Positions 59,147-64,000 of a stretch of 64,000 nucleotides of DNA are shown one piece after another. A model generated the notes under the pieces. That model did not search any database. It was not told the DNA's origin and worked only from the letters and a program-made list of their open reading frames with translations. A program made the position numbers and the translations under genes. How positions within the stretch are numbered: position 1 is the first letter of the stretch; every line of letters starts with the position of its first letter. Source of the stretch: Azolla caroliniana (taxonomy: Eukaryota; Plantae; Polypodiophyta); assembly GCA_043228905.1 (NCBI GenBank), contig JBHGNT010000009.1:14570001-14634000 (forward strand), in the 5' to 3' direction.

Positions 59147-59642
59147 TTGTACGCACTCAATAATGCCATTAGGCCCTAGGATTATTTATTATTGATTTAT
59201 TTTCATTTTTACAAGTATTTGTGTAATGTGCGTGGAACCAGACTTTTTCACTTTTTCTCCCACTAGACGTGCAACATGACGACAACGGATCGGATATGCT
59301 GACCAAGGTGTTGACAACCGACAAGCTAGACGCGTGCCGAAAGCAGATCGGGCTGACAAGACATCCCATGCTAGAGTGAAGGGGGAGATTTTTGGGAAAT
59401 CGGTCCCTCCGGATGGGATTTGGTCATGAATGAAGAGGACCTAGTGAGAACCGGAAGAGATCCGGAAACCGGATCGGATGGACCCGGTGAGAACCGGAAG
59501 AGAAGACATATTTGTAAATATGTTTTGAGTAAGCCTATTGAGGCTATATTTGTAAATAGCCCTAAGTTCATATAAGTATAAATATGACTTAGGGCAAACA
59601 CTTTATATGTTGTTGCCATTTTTCGTTGAGAGATAACTGTTG

Positions 59643-59704
<62 letters not shown>

Positions 59705-60323
59705 CATAGCGATACTCTATTGTAACCGCCGGTTGGCAAAGATACAGAGCTTGAGGTCGTTGCTTTTGAGTCTCTGTTTGTACCTTTCCTATATAGTGAT
59801 AGTTTGGAGTCTGTGGACTCCCGCGGTTTTTCCACGTAAACATCATGTGTATCCTCTATCGTTGTCTGTGTGTGTAAGTGTGTTCACTCCCTACTTCCCA
59901 TTTGTGTGTTTGATTTCCATCCAAGTGATTCAAGACTTGGTTGTGGCCGAGCAATATTCCACGCTATTCTCTTCAAGTTAGAGAGGGCAAAACAGTAAAA
60001 ACTCCAATTCAAAAATACTCAAAGACTCTGTACATACAATGTGCTCAGTGAGCACTTTTATACAAGTCCATAAAGGGCTGACATAAATATTGACAAGTGC
60101 TTCAATGCTTGTATACAACATCAGACACCAACTCCCAAAAATATGCTTGCGTACTTGGCTAGGGTCATAGGCCTCGAACGACTTACCGGTTACAATTCGA
60201 TCCGGGTTACGATCCGGTTCTTTGTTCCAAACTTCGATCCGGCTCTAGATTATTCAGTGGATCTAGATCCAATTGAGCTTGTCTGCTCAACACTCCCCCT
60301 TAAGCTCAACTTGAGGTCGGATC

Positions 60324-60860
60324 TGTCAGGAATATGTCCCTCCAGTGGGAGGATGATCCGACTGTTCGGAAAGACAGTCGAAGAGTTGGAAAACAGGAGC
60401 CGAGTTGATGAGGAAATAGTGTAAATAACCAACTCGGGAGACTATATTTGTAAATAGTCTTAGTGTTCGCCCCATGAGGGCTACATATGTAAATAACCAG
60501 AAAGTTGCGTAAGTATATATGCAACTAGGGCAAACATGTTGTGTGAGATGTAAGAATAGAGTTAGAACTGCAGAAGCTGAATGACTGAGATAGAGAGTGT
60601 GTGTGTAAGCCGCGCCATAGTTGTGTGCATAACAGCAGACGCGAAGAGCCCTGTGCGGCTGATACACTCGACAGAGTGTTTGTAATCATCTCTGTTTTGT
60701 ATATCCACTGTCTATAGTGAAGATTCTGTTCTCCCGTGGTTTTTTTCCCGTTTCAGGGTTTTCCACGTAAATCGCTATGTACATCTGTCGTTTATCTTGT
60801 CTTTGTTATTTCAGCGCATTATTTGCCTATTGTGATTTATTTCGAGATGATTTCTCGACA
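60324..60860 (+). mobile_element. Solo LTR with 5-bp TSD GGATC
   Basis: TGTCAGGAAT...TTCTCGACA is flanked by GGATC on both sides. It shares motifs (TATTTGTAAATAG, AGGGTTTTCCACGTAAA) with the copia family A LTR. Confidence 0.88.
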
Positions 60861-61254
60861 GGATCGTGGTGTTAGTGCCTGTCAGTCCTTCCCTCCGGTT
60901 CCTCCTGGCGTCTTCCTGCCTTGCTCGCGCTCCTTGACCCATTTGGTGCTGCTTTCCACGATCTGTCCAGTTCCCCGCACCTCGACCCTCTTGGTCTGTT
61001 TGCCTATTGATAAGACCCAAGTTAGCTCCCTCGTTGTTGTGAGTCTGCTGCTTCTCGACCCGTTGACTCCTTCGTGGCGGTGTCGACTTCCGTTGCCTTT
61101 TTGTCCGCTTGGCCTTCAACTAATCTAGCTCCTCCGAATCAAACTGTTGAACCAAATTGGTTGCCTCCGATTCGTTCCCACTCTTGTCCTATTTGACTGT
61201 CTCCAACTCGTCCTTGATCTTCAGGCCCTTCGCAATATCAGACCATGTCCGGGT

Positions 61255-61386
61255 TGTTGGCATAAAAGGCCGACTCCTTCCACCTTGTATCCTAGTGTGA
61301 ACTTGTCGAAATAGTTAGGGCTTAGTATACAAGTGATAACCTAACATTGTAAAGAGAGAGCCTCTTGATCATCTTCTACGTCGAGT

Positions 61387-61438
<52 letters not shown>

Positions 61439-63431
61439 GAGAGTGAATGCGATAACAAAGCTTCCATTAAAGCTTCAACTGTGCATATCTATTGTCTATC
61501 TTCTTTCCTTCCTTTTGTATTGTTTGTTGAGCACATCCGACAGCTCCTCACTTACGTTTCTGCACGCATATTCGATCTTCAATTGATATCAGAGCGACTT
61601 GCTACTCGGTGGCAACAAACAACAGAAAAGCTGAAAGGAAAAAGACTAGGTCACTAAAATCTCACTTTCAAAGAAAAACATGGCTTCAACATCCGGAACA
61701 GGAGTTGAGATCCGAAAATTCGACGGAAAAAGCTTTGCCCTCTGGAAGGAGATGATGCAGGACGTACTGATTATTCGAAGACAGGTCGAAGCCATTTGAC
61801 ACTGCAAAAAGCCTGCTTCAATGTCAACCGATGAGTGGAGATCAATGGACGAAATCGCATGCTCCACCATTCAAACGCACCTAGCCGAAAACATCTACTT
61901 CAGCATGGCAAAAGAGACAACAACGTTCTCATTGTGGGAGAAGCTACAAGCCATGTACGAGAAGAAGTCCTCATCTTCAAAACTGATTTTAATCAGACAA
62001 CTGTTCAACATGAAGATGACCGATCTGGCTACCTCCCACATCAACACCTTCAACCGGGTGTTGTCAAAACTCTCCTCACAAGGGATCAACTTTGAAGAAG
62101 AAGTGAAAGCTCTTGCCCTTCTATCGAGCTTGCCGACGAGTTGGGAGGTATTTTGCACGACCTACACCAATAGCCGACCTATCCTGAATCTGGATGAGAC
62201 AATCGAAGAAAATCAATGGGACTCACCATCGATGAGTCGGCAGAAGCCCACCACTCAACTGAGTCGATCGATAGTTTTAGTTGATCGAGATAACAAGCTG
62301 ACAGAACCGGTCAGAACACCGACTGATCGAAGACGAGGGGAGACCGACATCGGTCGAAGTTGAGAACGGGCCGATTAGGCGAATTTTGCACACACTGCAG
62401 AAAATCTGGCCACAATGTTTCCGACTGCTGGTTGATCAAGAGGAAAGAGAGTGGCCGGCGTTTCGGGCAGAATCGAGGACGACCCAACTCGGACCACTCT
62501 CCTACATGCAACCAAATCAATGTTGTCGACACCTGATCAGGAGAAATCCTTTCCTTAGAGGACTTGATGATCGGAGAAGTCCTCTATAGTGCACATGATG
62601 CACACACGTGGCCACTTGATTCCGATGCCACATTCCGTGTGACCCCTAATATTGAATGGTTTTCGAACTATTCAGCCGACGCCAACGACATATCTGACTA
62701 GGCAACGGGTAGGAGTGCAGAATCGCAGGGTTCGGAGAAGTTCCCATCCGATTGCCCAATGGCAACATGATCACCATGCATGGAGTTCGGCATGTACCTG
62801 ATCTAAAAAGGAGTCTGGTCTCCATCGGCATGTTAGCCGAAGAGGGGTACTGAACGACTCTCAGTGAGTCAACATGGATGATCAGCCGTGGAAATCTGAA
62901 GATTGGAAGCAGACACAAGTACACCAACTTCTACCCAATATGGCGATCAATCTAGAAGGGGTTGTAAACGTAGCCGAAAAGACCGACCCAAACCTATGGC
63001 ATGGCAGACTTGGCCATATGTCTCAAGCCAGACTCAATCGACTGATGGCGGTCGACTACATTCCGAAACTCCAAGCGAAGACGGACTTCTGCGAGCACTG
63101 TTGATACGGGAAACAGACCCAAAGTCCGCATTCTCTCCACTACGAGACAGTACGACAACCCGTAGAGCTCGTGCACACAGATATATATGGGCTCATGCCA
63201 TAATGATCACTAGGAGGCTCCCGATACTTCATCACATTCGTAGATGACTATACACGGAAGGTTTGGGCCTACTCGATTAGGTCCAAAGACGAAGCGCTCG
63301 AGGTCTTCACTTGGTGGACATCTGAAGTGGAGAACCGGTCGGGACACACAGTGAAGAAACTCCGATCCGACAACATAGGAGAATATACCTCCAGAGCCTT
63401 CAAACAATACCTGTTCGATAAAGGGATCTAG
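61255..63431 (+). mobile_element. Degenerate Ty1/copia 5' half (family B): LTR 61255-61581, PBS, gag-PR-IN remnants
   Basis: LTR start TGTTGGCATAAAAGGCCGAC. TGATATCAGAGC PBS. VEIRKFDGKSFALWK, CTHCRKSGHNVSDC, NLWHGRLGH. Confidence 0.92.
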
Positions 63432-63696
63432 TGTCGTGATGTTGTTGCTTCACAATGTCAAAACAATGTGAAAAATCTATAGAAGTACATTTCCCATCTA
63501 GAGCTTATGACGAGGAGCATGTAGGAATTTTAGATTCATGAATCGGAGTTCAGAAGTTCAAGATACCAGCTTCGGAAGGACTAATGCAACTCGGGACACA
63601 AATGTAATTATGTAAAAAGGGGGATTCGAAATTAAATAAGGGCCATCTTTGTAATTTCTCAAATGTACAACTGCAAAATCGAATTTATAAATAAAA

Positions 63697-63727
<31 letters not shown>

Positions 63728-64000
63728 AATAATAATAAATATAAAATAAAAAAATAACCGCCTGCATGAGGCGGTCTGTCAACCGCCTCAAGAGGGTGGT
63801 AGGGCGGTTGACCACCCTATAAAAGCCACACCCATGGTGGCTAAAGAGGAAGGGCAGAGGCTGGAAAAGGAAGAGGAGAAGAAGAAGGGAGAGAATGAAG
63901 GAAGCGAGGGAGGAAGCTCGCAAGAAGAAGGGATGTAGAGGTTGCTCATGAAGCTAGGGGCCTGTTGAATAGAAGACAAAAAGTAAAGAAAAGAGAGGGA
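63432..64000 (+). mobile_element. Start of another LTR, probably of the 4-bp-TSD family; contains (TAAA)n
   Basis: TGTCGTGATGTT terminus matches the reverse complement of the ends at 43922 and 59284, and it interrupts copia integrase. Confidence 0.55.

Larger units (their letters stand above)
55638..59284 (-). mobile_element. Complete gag-only LTR element of the 4-bp-TSD family (LTRs 55638-56289 and 58616-59284)
   Basis: TSD ACGG on both sides. PBS TGGTGAACCCGACGTGAA is complementary to the 3' end of plant tRNA-Trp. PPT GTGGGGGTGGA. No pol. Confidence 0.92.
51584..59975 (+). mobile_element. Degenerate full-length Ty1/copia (family A): LTRs 51584-52121 and 59390-59975
   Basis: KLTGSNYLVW, WVVDSG, ELWHKRLCH, ADNGGEY, LDVKTTFLHG, LYGLKQAPRQW, LSTTEVEY. 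Decayed iMet PBS, PPT GAAGGGGGAGA, RT deletion near 55045. Confidence 0.93.
48033..61254 (-). mobile_element. 3' LTR (48033-48039, 51468-51583, 59976-60292) with PPT and adjacent internal region of a minus-strand LTR element, multiply interrupted
   Basis: PPT AAGGGGGAG followed by TGTTGAGCAG on the minus strand at 60292. LTR end TGTAAAG at 48033 matches the fragment ending at 18229. Confidence 0.6.

Noticed and set aside
51579-59980. TSD for the family A copia
   Set aside because: The flanks AGACA and AGTTA match at only 3 of 5 positions; not claimed.

Overview
Repeat-dense land-plant genomic DNA. The mix of a Tcn1-like chromovirus, RTE-type and L1 LINEs and deep LTR nests suggests a fern or another seed-free plant (inference). 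There is one host gene: an intact 14-exon DEG15 peroxisomal processing protease on the minus strand (CDS 31136->21331, about 785 aa, C-terminal PTS1 SRL). Nested transposon piles flank it. The left pile (1-18229) holds an intact, very young chromodomain Ty3/gypsy element (4307-10095, TSD ACATC), a degenerate inverted copy of it, copia fragments and LTRs of a 4-bp-TSD family. The right pile (32530-64000) starts with an RTE LINE split by a hAT-like element that itself contains a MULE and L1s, followed by copia/gypsy nests, two complete non-autonomous LTR elements and solo LTRs. The most notable observations are: (1) antisense tRNA-like A-box/B-box cassettes in the U3 of two unrelated LTR families; (2) an LTR family with a tRNA-Trp PBS, a gag-only body and 4-bp TSDs that are repeatedly ACGG or CCAG; (3) a self-priming PBS plus a G_UUA_AAC/hairpin -1 frameshift cassette in the chromovirus; (4) an NKFDILSQxEEE peptide shared by the gypsy Gag and an L1 ORF1p; (5) two independent duplications of 5' splice sites in DEG15. 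All calls are by eye; no database searches were run.
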